A stretch of 62,143 nucleotides of DNA from Gemmatimonadaceae bacterium (GTDB taxonomy: Bacteria; Gemmatimonadota; Gemmatimonadetes; Gemmatimonadales; Gemmatimonadaceae). Under the pieces are notes generated by a model, which saw only the letters and a list, made by a program, of their open reading frames with translations, was not told where the DNA came from and ran no database searches. Positions 36,606-47,240 of this stretch are shown here, one piece after another; the first letter of the stretch is position 1; each line of letters opens with the position of its first letter. A program made the position numbers and the translations under genes. The stretch is from positions 1 through 62,143 of the forward strand of contig JAICLH010000001.1 in NCBI GenBank assembly GCA_025927495.1, in the 5' to 3' direction.

Positions 36606-39422
36606 TCACTGCTTCGTATCGAGCCAGTTATCTCCGATGCCGATGTCAACGACGAGCGGGACAGAGAGCTCGGCAGCGTGCTCCATCTCGTGACTAACGA
36701 GCTCGCGCAGGGACCCGATCTCGTCGGTCGGCGCTTCGAACACCAGCTCGTCGTGCACCTGAAGAATCATGATCGACCGCGCTGCGCGAGAGCGTAGCGC
36801 TTGGTGGATGCGGATCATCGCGATCTTGATGAGATCCGCAGCCGAGCCCTGAATGGGAGAGTTGGTGGCGGTGCGTTCTCCGAATTGGCGCACGCTGAAG
36901 TTGCGATCGCGTAGCTCGGTGATGTATCGGCGTCGGCCGAACAGGGTTTGCACGTAGCCGTTCTCGCGCGCGTATTCGACCATCGAATCGAGATAGCTTC
37001 GAATGCCGCTGAATCGCTCGAAGTATTCGCTGATGAATCGCCGCGCCTCGGCGAGCTCGATGCGAAGCTGGCGAGACAACGCGTTGGCGCCTTGGCCGTA
37101 GATCGTCGCGAAGTTGATCGTCTTCGCGCGCGCACGCATGTCGGCGGTAACCTCTTCGACCGGCACGCCGAATATGATCGAGGCGGTCTGTCGATGGATA
37201 TCGCCGCCCGCGCGGAAGGCGTTCACGAAGGCGGCGTCGGCGGAAAGGTGCGCGAGCAGCCGTAGCTCGATCTGCGAGTAGTCGGCGGCAAGCAGCTTCC
37301 AACCCGGACGCGGGATGAACCCGCGCCTGATGTCTCGGCCGAGCTCGCGGCGAATCGGGATGTTTTGAAGATTCGGGTCGCTCGAGGACAGTCGCCCCGT
37401 GCTCGCGACCGTCTGGTTGAACGACGTGTGAATGCGGCCGTCGCCCGGATGCACGAGCGCGGGAAGCGCATCGAGATATGTGCCTTCGAGCTTCGACAGC
37501 TCGCGGTATTCCATGAGCAGCGATGGAAGTGCGTGACCCTGCTCCGCCAGCTGCTGAAGCACAGACGCATCGGTGGATGGTCCGCTAGGGGTCCGCTTGA
37601 GCACGGGGAGCTCGAGCTTCTCGAACAGAATCTGCCGGAGCTTTGGATTCGAGTTGATGTTGAACGGCTCTCCTGCGGCCTCGTAGATGTCCTGCTCCAC
37701 GCGCTGCCGCTCGCGCTGAAACCGCTCCTTGAGCGACGCGAACCACGGCCGGTCGATCGACACCCCCTGCCACTCCATTTCCGCTAGCACGTTCACGAGC
37801 GGCAGTTCGATTTCTCGCATGAGCTTCGTCAGTGCATACGCGTCGAGCTGCGGCTCGAACAGCGCGCGCAACCGAAGCGCGATGTCCGCATCTTCGCACG
37901 AATAGTCGCGGGCGGCGTTCACAGCGCATTCGTCGTACGGAACCGCGTTCCGACCCTTGCCACACAGGTCGTCGTACGTAGTCATCTTGTGATCGAGGAA
38001 CTCGAGCGCGAGCACGTCGAGTCCGTGCGCGCGCCGACCCGGATCGAGCACATAGCTCGCGATCATCGTGTCGAAATCGACGCCCGCAAGCCTAACGCCA
38101 GCTCGTCGCAACACCAGCGTGTCGAACTTCGAGTTCTGGGCAGTCTTGCGGACCGTTGGATCCTCGAGGAGCATGCGCAGCGGCGCCATCTCATCAGCGT
38201 TGATCGGCGGCAGATTGCGGATTGCCGCGGCAGACGCATCGGCCGCTGAGGGCGGCGCGGAGTCCGGCAGCAGTTCTTGCTGTGCCGGTCGGTGCGGACG
38301 ATGGCGGAACGGCAGATAGTACGCCTCGCCGGGCGCAACCGCGATCGACATGCCGACGAGCTTGGACCGCAGCGGATCGATCGCGAGCGGGCTGTCCGGA
38401 TCAACGACCGTTTCGGTATCGATCGCGATGTACGGCACGGCGCGAGCGCGGGCGCACACCTTTTCGAGCGCACCGATCGTGTCGACTGTCGCGTAGCGCG
38501 GGCGCTCCACCGGGCGCGGCGCCGCCGTCGCATGCTCCTTGGCGAGCGTATGGAACTCGAGCTCGACCAACAATTCCTTGAGTCGAACGTGGTCGGGTTG
38601 GGACACGGCCAAGGCGGCGAGATCGAGCGAGATCGGCAAATCTTCGCGGATTGTAACTAATTCCTTGGACAGGCGCGCGGCATCGGCTTGCGTTAGGAGC
38701 GCTTCGCGTGGGCGCTTCTTGGTGATCGATTCGGCGTTCGCCAGGATGTTCTCGAGCGATCCGTACGTGGCCACGAGCTCGACTGCGGTTTTGTCGCCGA
38801 TGCCCTTCACGCCGGGGATGTTGTCGGACGAGTCGCCGACGAGTGCCAGATAGTCGGTCACGCGATCCGCGGGGACGCCGAGTCGCTCCGAGGCATTTTC
38901 AGTGGTGACCCATTGTTCTTCGACGGCAGCGGAACCGCCTCGACCAGGATTGAGCAGTCGCACACCGGGGCGGACGAGCTGCTGAAAGTCCTTGTCGCCG
39001 GAGACGACGACCACGTCGAGGCCGGCATCGACGCCGAGTCTGGCCATGGTCCCAATGACGTCGTCAGCCTCGTAACCCTTGAGCGTGATGACGGGGACCT
39101 TATAGGCATCGAGCAAACTTCCGATGCGCTCCATTCCACGGTCAAAATCGGCCTGCAGCTCTTCGCCGAGTTTTTCGCGCGTTGCTTTGTAGTCGGGATA
39201 TCGCTCGTGACGGAACGAAAGTCCCGAGTCGTGCACCCAGCCGAGATAGTCGGGCCGGTGCGTCGCGAGCAGGCGTTGGAGGAAGTTGACGACGCCCCAC
39301 GCGGCCGACGTGTTTTCGCCGCGGCTGGTAGTGAGTGGTCGGGAGATCAGGGCGAAGAAGGCGCGATAGATCAGTGCGTAACCATCGACCAAGAACAGGC
39401 GGGCTGTCTCTTTTGGCGGCAT
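36606..39422 (-). CDS. polA: DNA polymerase I
   Basis: 5' nuclease domain (LFLVDGYALIYRAFFA), 3'-5' exonuclease-like domain, and polymerase motifs DYSQIELR, RRxAKxxNFGxxYG and QVHDELVFE. Confidence 0.95.
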   Translation of the reverse strand: MPPKETARLFLVDGYALIYRAFFALISRPLTTSRGENTSAAWGVVNFLQRLLATHRPDYLGWVHDSGLSFRHERYPDYKATREKLGEELQADFDRGMERIGSLLDAYKVPVITLKGYEADDVIGTMARLGVDAGLDVVVVSGDKDFQQLVRPGVRLLNPGRGGSAAVEEQWVTTENASERLGVPADRVTDYLALVGDSSDNIPGVKGIGDKTAVELVATYGSLENILANAESITKKRPREALLTQADAARLSKELVTIREDLPISLDLAALAVSQPDHVRLKELLVELEFHTLAKEHATAAPRPVERPRYATVDTIGALEKVCARARAVPYIAIDTETVVDPDSPLAIDPLRSKLVGMSIAVAPGEAYYLPFRHRPHRPAQQELLPDSAPPSAADASAAAIRNLPPINADEMAPLRMLLEDPTVRKTAQNSKFDTLVLRRAGVRLAGVDFDTMIASYVLDPGRRAHGLDVLALEFLDHKMTTYDDLCGKGRNAVPYDECAVNAARDYSCEDADIALRLRALFEPQLDAYALTKLMREIELPLVNVLAEMEWQGVSIDRPWFASLKERFQRERQRVEQDIYEAAGEPFNINSNPKLRQILFEKLELPVLKRTPSGPSTDASVLQQLAEQGHALPSLLMEYRELSKLEGTYLDALPALVHPGDGRIHTSFNQTVASTGRLSSSDPNLQNIPIRRELGRDIRRGFIPRPGWKLLAADYSQIELRLLAHLSADAAFVNAFRAGGDIHRQTASIIFGVPVEEVTADMRARAKTINFATIYGQGANALSRQLRIELAEARRFISEYFERFSGIRSYLDSMVEYARENGYVQTLFGRRRYITELRDRNFSVRQFGERTATNSPIQGSAADLIKIAMIRIHQALRSRAARSIMILQVHDELVFEAPTDEIGSLRELVSHEMEHAAELSVPLVVDIGIGDNWLDTKQ

Positions 39423-39483
39423 GACGAAAAGTCACCCGACCACAGGGGCGACACCAGTGACGCATTACTTTGGACGCGGCGAG

Positions 39484-39525
39484 AAAAACGAATCCGCCTT
39501 GCGATGAGCGTCGCAAAGCGGATTC
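39484..39525 (-). terminator. Rho-independent terminator downstream of the cold-shock gene
   Basis: On the minus strand a 15-bp stem GAATCCGCTTTGCGA / TCGCAAGGCGGATTC (one mismatch) with a 6-nt loop, followed by GTTTTTCTC. Confidence 0.7.
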
Positions 39526-39614
39526 GTGCGAGCCCGGTCTCCAGACACCAACGCCTGCCATTGTTGGAGGCAGGCGGAAGCGGGGATCGAATGGCCCGTG
39601 AACTACAGGAGCGT

Positions 39615-39818
39615 CTAGCTCACCCGCTTAACGTCGGCGGCGTGCAGACCTTTGTCGCCCGTGCGGATTTCGAACTCGACTTCCTGTCCTTCGGTGAGCG
39701 TTTTGAAGCCATCCATCGTGATTGCGGAGAAATGCACGAAGACGTCTTCGCCGCTCTCCTGTTCAATGAAGCCGTAACCCTTGGCATCGTTGAACCACTT
39801 CACTTTCCCTCTGGCCAT
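39615..39818 (-). CDS. Cold-shock protein (CspA family), 67 aa
   Basis: [33 protein letters not shown] contains the RNP1/RNP2 motifs. A strong SD (CAGGAGG) precedes ATG 39818. Confidence 0.95.
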   Translation of the reverse strand: MARGKVKWFNDAKGYGFIEQESGEDVFVHFSAITMDGFKTLTEGQEVEFEIRTGDKGLHAADVKRVS

Positions 39819-39897
39819 TCGAGCAGCCTCCTGCGGGGTGAAACGGATCCTGCACGGCGTTGTGCGGGGCAAGGCCAGCGGCGGCTTTGCGGTCGCC

Positions 39898-39926
39898 TAT
39901 ATAGTTTCGACTTGCGATTTTGTCAA
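39898..39926 (-). promoter_or_regulatory. Sigma-70-type promoter of the cold-shock gene (TTGACA, 17 nt, TATATA)
   Basis: Minus-strand TTGACA at 39926..39921, a 17-nt spacer, then TATATA at 39903..39898. This leaves a leader of about 70 nt before the ATG. Confidence 0.55.
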
Positions 39927-39990
39927 GAGAACGCCATGCGGCACAAGAAGATACATATTCCTTCATTCGGATGTTGGCCGGCAGCCTTGC

Positions 39991-39997
39991 GTTAGGC
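39991..39997 (+). repeat. Intergenic copy of GTTAGGC (upstream of the cold-shock promoter)
   Basis: Read directly. Confidence 0.9.
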
Positions 39998-40292
39998 ACC
40001 AGCGGCCGGCGCCCTCTTTGGGCCTGAACAGGAACGAGAATGCCGAGGGCAGCTACAAGTCTGACTGAACAACGTTTATGTCCGGTTTGTAGCGACAGTA
40101 TCTTGTCATTATGACGCCATGGTGACGCCAAAGAGCCTGAACGCCGGAAGACACGAACAGGAACGGGCTGCTGGCCATTAATCGGCCTAAGCACGACGCG
40201 CGACGCCTACACGAGCTCGCGATTGGACGTCAAACTGCCGCACGCGGAGTGAATCGCGGTTCGCAACTAACGATGGGCTACGCACATCGTGC

Positions 40293-41255
40293 TTGCTGGG
40301 TTATTGGAGTCCAGTTAGCTTCGCCGGCGTGAGTCGCGAAAACCTCTCCGGGACGACGCTCGCTGGGTACAAGCTCCACGATATGGTCGGCGAAGGAGGA
40401 ACGGCGGTAGTGTACCGCGCCGATCATCCGCAGCACGGCACTGTCGCGGTGAAAGTGTTGCGCGAAAAGCTGCGCAACGACAAGACGGCGGTCGCGCGGT
40501 TTCTGCGCGAGGCGACGTACGGGACGAAGGTGATCCATCCCAACGTCGTCCGGACCATCGAGATCGGGGAGGCGCGCCCGGGCCTCCACTTCCTGGCTAC
40601 CGAATGGGCGCCGGGCGAGCTGCTCGAAAAGTACGCGAAGCGGCATGCCCCGCTACCAGCGGCGGAAGTCGCCGCCATCATCCAACAAATCGCGGAAGCG
40701 GTCCACGCCGCTCACTCGGCCGGCATCATCCATCGGGACCTCAAGCCCGACAACCTGATGTACGATCCGCCCACCAAGCAGGCCAAGCTGCTTGATTTCG
40801 GCATCGCGGCGCAGACGGATCTGTCGCCCGATGAGCGCCTAACGCGCGCCGGATTTTTCGTGGGCACGCTCATGTACGTGGCGCCCGAAGCGCTCTCGGG
40901 GCAATTGGTGACGGCGGCCGCGGATCAGTACAGCCTGGCCACCATCGCGTACTATTTGCTCTCCGGCTCGCTTCCTTACACGGCGAAATCCCAACGCGAG
41001 ATGTTCACGCAGCTGCTTTCGCAACCGCCGATTCCGTTGCTGGCGTCACGCAAGGGTCTCGACGTATCGCCGGCGGTCGAGGCCGTGATCATGAAAGGGC
41101 TCGCGCGCAATCCTTCCGATCGCTATCCGGACACCCTGTCCTTCGCGACCGCATTGCGGACGGCCGTCGAGGCGCCGCCGGCGCGTAAGGACGGGCTGCT
41201 CCGACGTGTCCGGTCGCTGCTGCATCGCGACGATCCGGGAGCGCCGAGTCCGTAG
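40293..41255 (+). CDS. Ser/Thr protein kinase (Hanks type), kinase domain only
   Basis: GEGGTAVVY, VAVK, HRDLKPDN, DFG and APE motifs. The start may be GTG 40329. Confidence 0.85.
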   Translation: MLGYWSPVSFAGVSRENLSGTTLAGYKLHDMVGEGGTAVVYRADHPQHGTVAVKVLREKLRNDKTAVARFLREATYGTKVIHPNVVRTIEIGEARPGLHFLATEWAPGELLEKYAKRHAPLPAAEVAAIIQQIAEAVHAAHSAGIIHRDLKPDNLMYDPPTKQAKLLDFGIAAQTDLSPDERLTRAGFFVGTLMYVAPEALSGQLVTAAADQYSLATIAYYLLSGSLPYTAKSQREMFTQLLSQPPIPLLASRKGLDVSPAVEAVIMKGLARNPSDRYPDTLSFATALRTAVEAPPARKDGLLRRVRSLLHRDDPGAPSP

Positions 41256-41261
41256 ACTGCG

Positions 41262-43109
41262 TTAGCTCGAGCGCGCCGCGGGGCTCGCGTCCGCGGGCAC
41301 TTCGGCGTGGGACACCGGGCGTGCCGGTTCCTGTTCGACCGGAATCCAGACGGTAAAGGTGGACCCTTTGCCCAACTCGCTTTCGATGGCGATGTCACCG
41401 CCTAACAGACGGGCGAGCCGCCGCGAGATCGCGAGGCCCAATCCGGTGCCGCGACGTATCGAGTCTCCGCGCGGGCCGGCGTTCACCTGCTCGAACTCGC
41501 CGAAGATGCGCTCGCGCTCGTTCGCGGCGATGCCGATGCCGGAATCGGACACGTCGAGCGCGATCCATCCGCCACTCGGCGACGATGGACCTTCGTTGGC
41601 AGCGGGCGGTCCACCAGGAACGGGCGCCGGCGCTTGCGTGGCCGCGGCCGCCCCCAGCTGCGACGCCACGGCGGACATCAAGGGTCGCGCGACGCCCCCG
41701 TGACTAACGCTCGGCGCAGGCGGCGGCTGGAGATGGCGCGCGCGGATCGTGATGCTTCCCGATGGCGTGAACTTGGTCGCGTTGCTGAGCAGATTCATCA
41801 GGATCTGACGCAAGTGCATCGGATCCGTGCGCACGCGCGGCAGCTCGGTGCTCACCGCGATCGAGAACTCCAAGCCGCGCTCGGCGATCAGCGGCTCGAC
41901 CTCGCTGGCCACCGTTAGGACAAAGGCGCGCAAATCGATCGTTTCCCGATGCACCTCGAGTCGGCCGGCTGCCATCTTTGCCAGATCGAGAATCTGATCG
42001 ACGAGGAGTCGCAGATGACTGGCCGACGACGCGATGCGGTCGACCGGCGATATCTGGCGTTGACCGAGGTCGCCGTACACCCCGTCGCGAAGCAGCTCGA
42101 CGAAGCCCACGATCGCGTTGAGCGGCGTGCGCAATTCGTGCGACACGTTGGCGAGAAACTCACTCTTGGATCGATTCGCCCGAAGCAATTCCGCCGAGAG
42201 CCGCTCGAGCTCCGTGGACCGCTCGGCGAGACGAATGCCTTGTCGGCGCTCGTGGAACAGCATCACGATCAGCGCGCTGAGGGTCGCCAACCCGATACCC
42301 CACACGAGCGGCCGAATGTTCGCGTAGCTCGAGCGACGCATCACGATCACGCGCCATTCACCGCCCCCCGGTATCGGAAGCGTCGACGAGGCGGTGTCGA
42401 CGCTGGACTCCTTCGCAATCACGTGCGCCGTTGCGGCAACGGTGTCCTTGTCAGCCATAATCACGAGTTGGCCACGAACGCGCGGGCGTGCCTGCAGCAC
42501 ACTCGAGAGGATGGCGTCGGTTGTGATGGTGCCACCCGCGAAGCCGCGAAATCCGTTGCCCACGTAGATCGGCTCGAGCATGAGAACACCGCGATCAGCG
42601 GTGATCATCATGCCGGGCTTCGTCAGTTGTCCCGTGCGCGTGGCGCGAGCGGCTGCTGCCAGTCGTCCGACATCGAGCGTGGTCACCGTGTCGACATCGA
42701 GCGACCCTGGAAGGGGTGGAGACGAGGAGCCGAAGAGATGCTGCTCGCGCACGCGCCCGGCCGTGTCCGTGATCCAGATTCGCCGGAACGAATTGGCGTA
42801 CTGCGACATGGAGTTGACGAGCGACTGAAACTGCTCTCCTTGAACGACGCGCGTCGTATCGAGGTAGAGTCCGCGAATGGATTGCAGCGCTTCGGTGTGC
42901 ACAGCGAGGAAGCCGCCGACGAGCGCGGCCGATTCAGCTGCTTCGACCTGGACCTGTGCGCGATTGGAGGTCGCCAGCGAGCGATCGACCGCGTACAAGC
43001 CGGCGAGTGCGAAGATGAGGGCCAGCGACAGCGCGATCGACGACGCGCGAAGACGAACGGCTCTTGTCGACAGATGCATGACGGCGGGCGAGTCAGCGAA
43101 AGTCGGCAT
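41262..43109 (-). CDS. Sensor histidine kinase with a large periplasmic sensor domain
   Basis: Two TM segments flank a periplasmic domain of about 250 aa. H-box FLANVSHELRTPLNAI, N box LLSNATKF, and G boxes DSGIGI and GTGLGLAISRRLARLLGG. An unusual Pro/Ala-rich insertion lies in the ATP lid. Confidence 0.85.
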   Translation of the reverse strand: MPTFADSPAVMHLSTRAVRLRASSIALSLALIFALAGLYAVDRSLATSNRAQVQVEAAESAALVGGFLAVHTEALQSIRGLYLDTTRVVQGEQFQSLVNSMSQYANSFRRIWITDTAGRVREQHLFGSSSPPLPGSLDVDTVTTLDVGRLAAAARATRTGQLTKPGMMITADRGVLMLEPIYVGNGFRGFAGGTITTDAILSSVLQARPRVRGQLVIMADKDTVAATAHVIAKESSVDTASSTLPIPGGGEWRVIVMRRSSYANIRPLVWGIGLATLSALIVMLFHERRQGIRLAERSTELERLSAELLRANRSKSEFLANVSHELRTPLNAIVGFVELLRDGVYGDLGQRQISPVDRIASSASHLRLLVDQILDLAKMAAGRLEVHRETIDLRAFVLTVASEVEPLIAERGLEFSIAVSTELPRVRTDPMHLRQILMNLLSNATKFTPSGSITIRARHLQPPPAPSVSHGGVARPLMSAVASQLGAAAATQAPAPVPGGPPAANEGPSSPSGGWIALDVSDSGIGIAANERERIFGEFEQVNAGPRGDSIRRGTGLGLAISRRLARLLGGDIAIESELGKGSTFTVWIPVEQEPARPVSHAEVPADASPAARSS

Positions 43110-43169
43110 GCGACGCGTTGGTCTCGCGACTCAATTGACGTAGGAGACACGCGCCGGTAAGCTACGGCC

Positions 43170-43736
43170 ATGACCGACCAAGAACGACTGGTGACGCTTC
43201 TTGCCACGCGTTCGGCGAGGCGCGGACAGTTCGTTCTTGCATCGGGCCGCTCGTCAACACTGTATATCGACGCCCGCCTGACGACAATGAGTCCGGACGG
43301 TTTGTCGCTCATTGGCTCGCTCGGGCTCGGGTTGCTCGACGAGCGCGGCTGGGACGTCGATTGCATCGGCGGTCTCACGCTCGGTGCCGATCCGATTGCG
43401 TATGCGATCAGCTACGCAAGCGCCTGCTCGCCGCGCCCCCGGCGGGCGTTCACGGTGCGCAAGGAGCCCAAGAAGCACGGCACCGCGAAATTGATCGAAG
43501 GTCCGTTCGTGCCGGGCGACCGCGTCGCGGTCGTCGAAGATGTGATCACGCGCGGAGGCTCTGCGTTGCGCGCGATCGATGCGGTGCGGGCGGAGGGCGG
43601 GAGGGTCGTGGGCGTGCTCGCGTTGGTCGATCGCGAAGAAGGTGGGCGCGAAGCGATCGAAGCGCGTGGCATTCCCGTCGCCGCACTCGTTCGCGCGCAC
43701 GATATTGTCGCGCGCCTCGGACCCGTTTCTCCTTAG
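43170..43736 (+). CDS. pyrE: Orotate phosphoribosyltransferase
   Basis: F.LASGRSS.LYID and the PRPP loop VAVVEDVITRGGS. Confidence 0.9.
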   Translation: MTDQERLVTLLATRSARRGQFVLASGRSSTLYIDARLTTMSPDGLSLIGSLGLGLLDERGWDVDCIGGLTLGADPIAYAISYASACSPRPRRAFTVRKEPKKHGTAKLIEGPFVPGDRVAVVEDVITRGGSALRAIDAVRAEGGRVVGVLALVDREEGGREAIEARGIPVAALVRAHDIVARLGPVSP

Positions 43737-44614
43737 TCGCTCCCGCCCTTCGTGCTCGCCGGCCCCCGCGAGGCGAGCGGATCGAATGTCCTCAACCGGT
43801 GCAGATGGGGTCGGACGAGCTCATCGCGAAAGCGATACAACATTCCCTCTCCGTTGTAGCGCTCGCGGAACTCGAGCGCCGTTAGGCCGATGAGCATGCG
43901 GACGTGGCGGCCGAAGCTCTGCGGCGAGGAGTAGTCCATGCGATCCGACACGCTCGCCACGGACAAGCCCGGATTCTCGAACGCACGCGCCGCTCGCACC
44001 AGGCGCGCCATCGCCAGGTACCGCTTGGGAGACGGCAGCTCGGCGCGAAAGAAGCGACTCATCATGGTGGTTGGGAGCACGAGCAGGCGCGAGGCCAGCG
44101 CGCGCACGCTCGACGCGCCGACGGCGCCATCGAACAACGATGCGAAGAAGCGCCAGCAGCCATCGGGCACGCCGATGAGATCGAGCGACAGCTGGCCTAA
44201 TGCAAGGCGATCGATGTCGCTGAAAAATTGGTTCGACAGCAGGTCCCGGAGCTGCCCCCATCCGTCGGGATGTCGGACGTCGACCAGCGACTTGACTCCG
44301 GATTGGCCGAGGCCGAGGACGGCGCGCGGGGTGTCGCGCTGATCGTCGGAGAGGAGCGCGACCGCAGTGACCCGTGGAAATTCACGCACCAGCCGCGCGA
44401 CTGCGCAGAGTTCTTCCTCTCCGCATCGCGCGACGGACAACACCACGGCCCCGGCGCGTTGTCCACGAAGATCGTCGAACACATCCTCCAGCGAATCGCG
44501 ATGGAGCGCTCGATAGCGGCCCTCGCCGGCCGCGTCGACTCGCGTGCGTTCAACGGGGAGCAAGACCGTGGTTACCGGCTCCAACGGCAGCGGACTGAAA
44601 GCGATCTGGTGCAC
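43733..44614 (-). CDS. AraC-family transcriptional regulator with an N-terminal receiver-like (apparently non-phosphorylatable) domain
   Basis: The C-terminal HTH_18 pattern is RYLAMARLVRAARAFENPGLSVASVSDRMDYSSPQSFGRHVRMLIGLTALEFR. The N-terminal CheY-like fold lacks an obvious DD...D...K set. It converges on and overlaps the pyrE stop by 4 nt. Confidence 0.75.
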   Translation of the reverse strand: MHQIAFSPLPLEPVTTVLLPVERTRVDAAGEGRYRALHRDSLEDVFDDLRGQRAGAVVLSVARCGEEELCAVARLVREFPRVTAVALLSDDQRDTPRAVLGLGQSGVKSLVDVRHPDGWGQLRDLLSNQFFSDIDRLALGQLSLDLIGVPDGCWRFFASLFDGAVGASSVRALASRLLVLPTTMMSRFFRAELPSPKRYLAMARLVRAARAFENPGLSVASVSDRMDYSSPQSFGRHVRMLIGLTALEFRERYNGEGMLYRFRDELVRPHLHRLRTFDPLASRGPASTKGGSD

Positions 44615-44744
44615 GGCGTCCTCCGGCGTGGCGAATCGTGATGCGCGTAACAGGAGCGCGCATCAGGATTGCTCGCCGCGTCAGCGGGGCGTCACTTGGC
44701 CGATGAATGGCGTGACCACCTGGGAACCAGTATCTTTCTTCGTT

Positions 44745-45117
44745 AGAGCGAAGCCGGCCGGACGGTCGCGTGGGGCGCAAGCTCCCCGAGGAAAGTCCGG
44801 GCTCCACAGGGCGGACCGCCAGCTAACGGCTGGGCGCTGCTTTGCAGCGACGGAAAGTGCCACAGAAAACAAACCGCCGGCGGGTTATTGCCGGTAAGGG
44901 TGAAACGGCGGGGTAAGAGCCCACCGCGCAACTGGCAACAGGTGCGGCACGGTAAACCCCGGTCGGAGCAAGGCCGAATAGGCGGCGAGAGATGGCCCGT
45001 CTCGTCAGACACGCCGCGGGTAGGCTGCTCGAGGTCGTGAGCGATCACGATCCTAGAGGAATGACCGTCCGGACGACATCGTCCGACAGAACCCGGCTTA
45101 TAGGCCGGTCTCGCTCT
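44745..45117 (+). ncRNA. rnpB: RNase P RNA, bacterial type A
   Basis: Universally conserved elements read directly: GAGGAAAGTCCGGGCTCCACAGGGC (P4 5' strand), CACAGAAAACAAACCGCC, GGTAAGGGTGAAACGGCGGGGTAAGAGCCCACCGCG, GGTAAACCCC and ACAGAACCCGGCTTATAGGCCGG. P1 pairs AGAGCGAAGCCGGCC with GGCCGGTCTCGCTCT. Confidence 0.9.
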
Positions 45118-45205
45118 ACGCAGCCTCTCGTGATCTCATCGGCGCGGGAGGCTGCGTCTTTGCGTGCCTCACGCGAGTGCGGCGGGGCGTTCAACTCGGA
45201 GGCGC

Positions 45206-46111
45206 ATGTCTCGTCCAATTGCTCTCGTCGGAGCCGCAGCGACCACGCTGTGCATCGGGTGCTCGACCGCGCCTAACGTAGCCAAGCCGCCGGTGTCCGC
45301 GCCGGCGCCGGCGAGACGCGACTCGACAGTGCCGCCGCCGCGCGAGTGGACGGTTCGCAGAGCGACGGGCATGTGGCGCTACAAGGTCGAGAGCAATGCC
45401 ACCGTGGTACTGGCGAGCGATTCGACCTCGCCGACGGCGCCAATCCATTCGATGGCGATTTACTCGCTGGTGATCGACTCGGCGAACGGCTCCAGCTATC
45501 ACATTGCGGGACGTGTCGACTCGTCTACGCTGTCGGCGGGAGGGCGGGTGCCGGCGCGGCCGGCGGATTCGACCAACTCCGCGTTTACAGCACAGATCGA
45601 TTCGGCTTCCGGCCTAACGAACTTGGCAATGAGCGGCGGGGAGCGGCCGACCTGCGCCGGTGGCGTCACGCCGTTCGTGGCTGCCGGGTTGACGTTGTTC
45701 GTTTCGGTTCCGTCCCGGCTGCAGCAGGGCGCGGTCTGGCACGATTCGACGTCGACGACAACGTGTCGCGGAGCCGTGGCGGTGGTGTCGAAGTTGGCGC
45801 GAACGTTTCAGCTCGCCGACACGACGACGTGGAATGGTCAGTCCGTGTTGCGCGTGAACGTGACGGCGACGTCGACGATCGACGGGCAAGGCCTCGCGTC
45901 GGCGGCAGGAGACAGCATTTGGGTGAGTGGTACCGGCACGTCGTCTGGCACGCTGCTGCTCGACCCGGCGTCGATGATGCCGGTGTCATCGACGATGATG
46001 GGCAATTCCGCGGTGACAGTACGCAGTCGCCAGACGACGCTGCCGTTCAAGCAGCAGGTGGCCGACACGGCGACGATGCTCGATCGCCGCGTCAGCACGA
46101 GCGAACCGTGA
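45206..46111 (+). CDS. Hypothetical lipoprotein
   Basis: SD GGAGG precedes ATG 45206. MSRPIALVGAAATTLCIGCSTAPN (lipobox). A Ser/Thr-rich, beta-rich sequence with no family recognised. Confidence 0.6.
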   Translation: MSRPIALVGAAATTLCIGCSTAPNVAKPPVSAPAPARRDSTVPPPREWTVRRATGMWRYKVESNATVVLASDSTSPTAPIHSMAIYSLVIDSANGSSYHIAGRVDSSTLSAGGRVPARPADSTNSAFTAQIDSASGLTNLAMSGGERPTCAGGVTPFVAAGLTLFVSVPSRLQQGAVWHDSTSTTTCRGAVAVVSKLARTFQLADTTTWNGQSVLRVNVTATSTIDGQGLASAAGDSIWVSGTGTSSGTLLLDPASMMPVSSTMMGNSAVTVRSRQTTLPFKQQVADTATMLDRRVSTSEP

Positions 46112-46127
46112 AGCGAGCGTGCTCGCG

Positions 46128-47240
46128 CTAGTCGATGAGACGCAGCGGCATGATCAGGCACATGTACTGTGCCGGGTCATTCCACCCGACGGGTTCGACG
46201 GTCGCGGCTCGCTCCGGCGCCTTGAACGTCAAGCGAACTTCATCGGTGGGCATGTTGCGCAGGATCTCGAGCAGATAGCTCGCGTTGAATCCAATATCGA
46301 GCGCGTCGCCCTCGTAGGTGACCGGCAACTCGTCTTGAGCCTCGCCCAAATCCGGCGTCTGCACGCTGAACTTCGCCATCCCTGCGTTGAACGACATACG
46401 GATCCGATGCGTCTGATCCGATGCGACCACTGACATTCGCTTGAGCGCTTGCGAGAGCGCGTTCTTGTCGGCGAGCGCGATACGGTCGTTGTCGCGCGGG
46501 ATCACTTGCTCGTACGGCGGATATGGTCCTTCGATGAGGCGAGTGAACACCGCGGTGAGCGGCGAGCGGAAGCCGAGGTGATTGTCTCCGCGTGCGATCT
46601 CGAGATCCTCTTCCGCGGGAAAGAGGCGTCGCAGCTGCTCGAGCGCTTTCGGGGGAATGATCAAGTCTTCCGAGCGGCCGTTCTGTCCCGCGACTGGCGC
46701 GTCGATTTTGGCGAGACGGTGGCCGTTGGTCGCGACCATGCGCATCCGGTCGCCACGAAGCTCCCACAGCACGCCATTGAGAATCGGGCGACTCTCCTCA
46801 GTGGACACAGCGAACGCGGTGTGCGCGATGAGCTTCTGCAGGTCGCCCGACTTGATTCTCCAACTTTCCGAGAATCGCACTACCGGGAACGTCGGGAATT
46901 CATCGCGAGGCAAACCGAGTAGACGGAAACGGGAGCGTCCGCACTCGAGCGTGATCTTCTGCTCTCCGACGGCACTGATCCGCACCGGTGCCGATGGCAG
47001 TTCCCTAACGATCTCGGCGAGCTTTTTGGCGGGGACGGTGATGGCGCCCTGGCTTTCGACATCGGCGGTCACTTCGGTGGAGACGGCCATGTCGAGATCT
47101 GTACCGGACAAGCGAATCCCGCGCTCGTTCGTCTCGAGCAAGATGTTGGACAATACCGGTAGCGTGGTTTTCGCCGGTACGGTCGCAATCACTGCCGACA
47201 ATCCGTCCTGAAGTTTTTCGCGCGCGATAGTGAAGCGCAT
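46128..47240 (-). CDS. dnaN: DNA polymerase III beta sliding clamp
   Basis: MRFTIAREKLQDGLSAVIATVPAKTTLPVLSNILLE...; the full-length three-domain clamp pattern, ending MPLRL. Confidence 0.95.
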   Translation of the reverse strand: MRFTIAREKLQDGLSAVIATVPAKTTLPVLSNILLETNERGIRLSGTDLDMAVSTEVTADVESQGAITVPAKKLAEIVRELPSAPVRISAVGEQKITLECGRSRFRLLGLPRDEFPTFPVVRFSESWRIKSGDLQKLIAHTAFAVSTEESRPILNGVLWELRGDRMRMVATNGHRLAKIDAPVAGQNGRSEDLIIPPKALEQLRRLFPAEEDLEIARGDNHLGFRSPLTAVFTRLIEGPYPPYEQVIPRDNDRIALADKNALSQALKRMSVVASDQTHRIRMSFNAGMAKFSVQTPDLGEAQDELPVTYEGDALDIGFNASYLLEILRNMPTDEVRLTFKAPERAATVEPVGWNDPAQYMCLIMPLRLID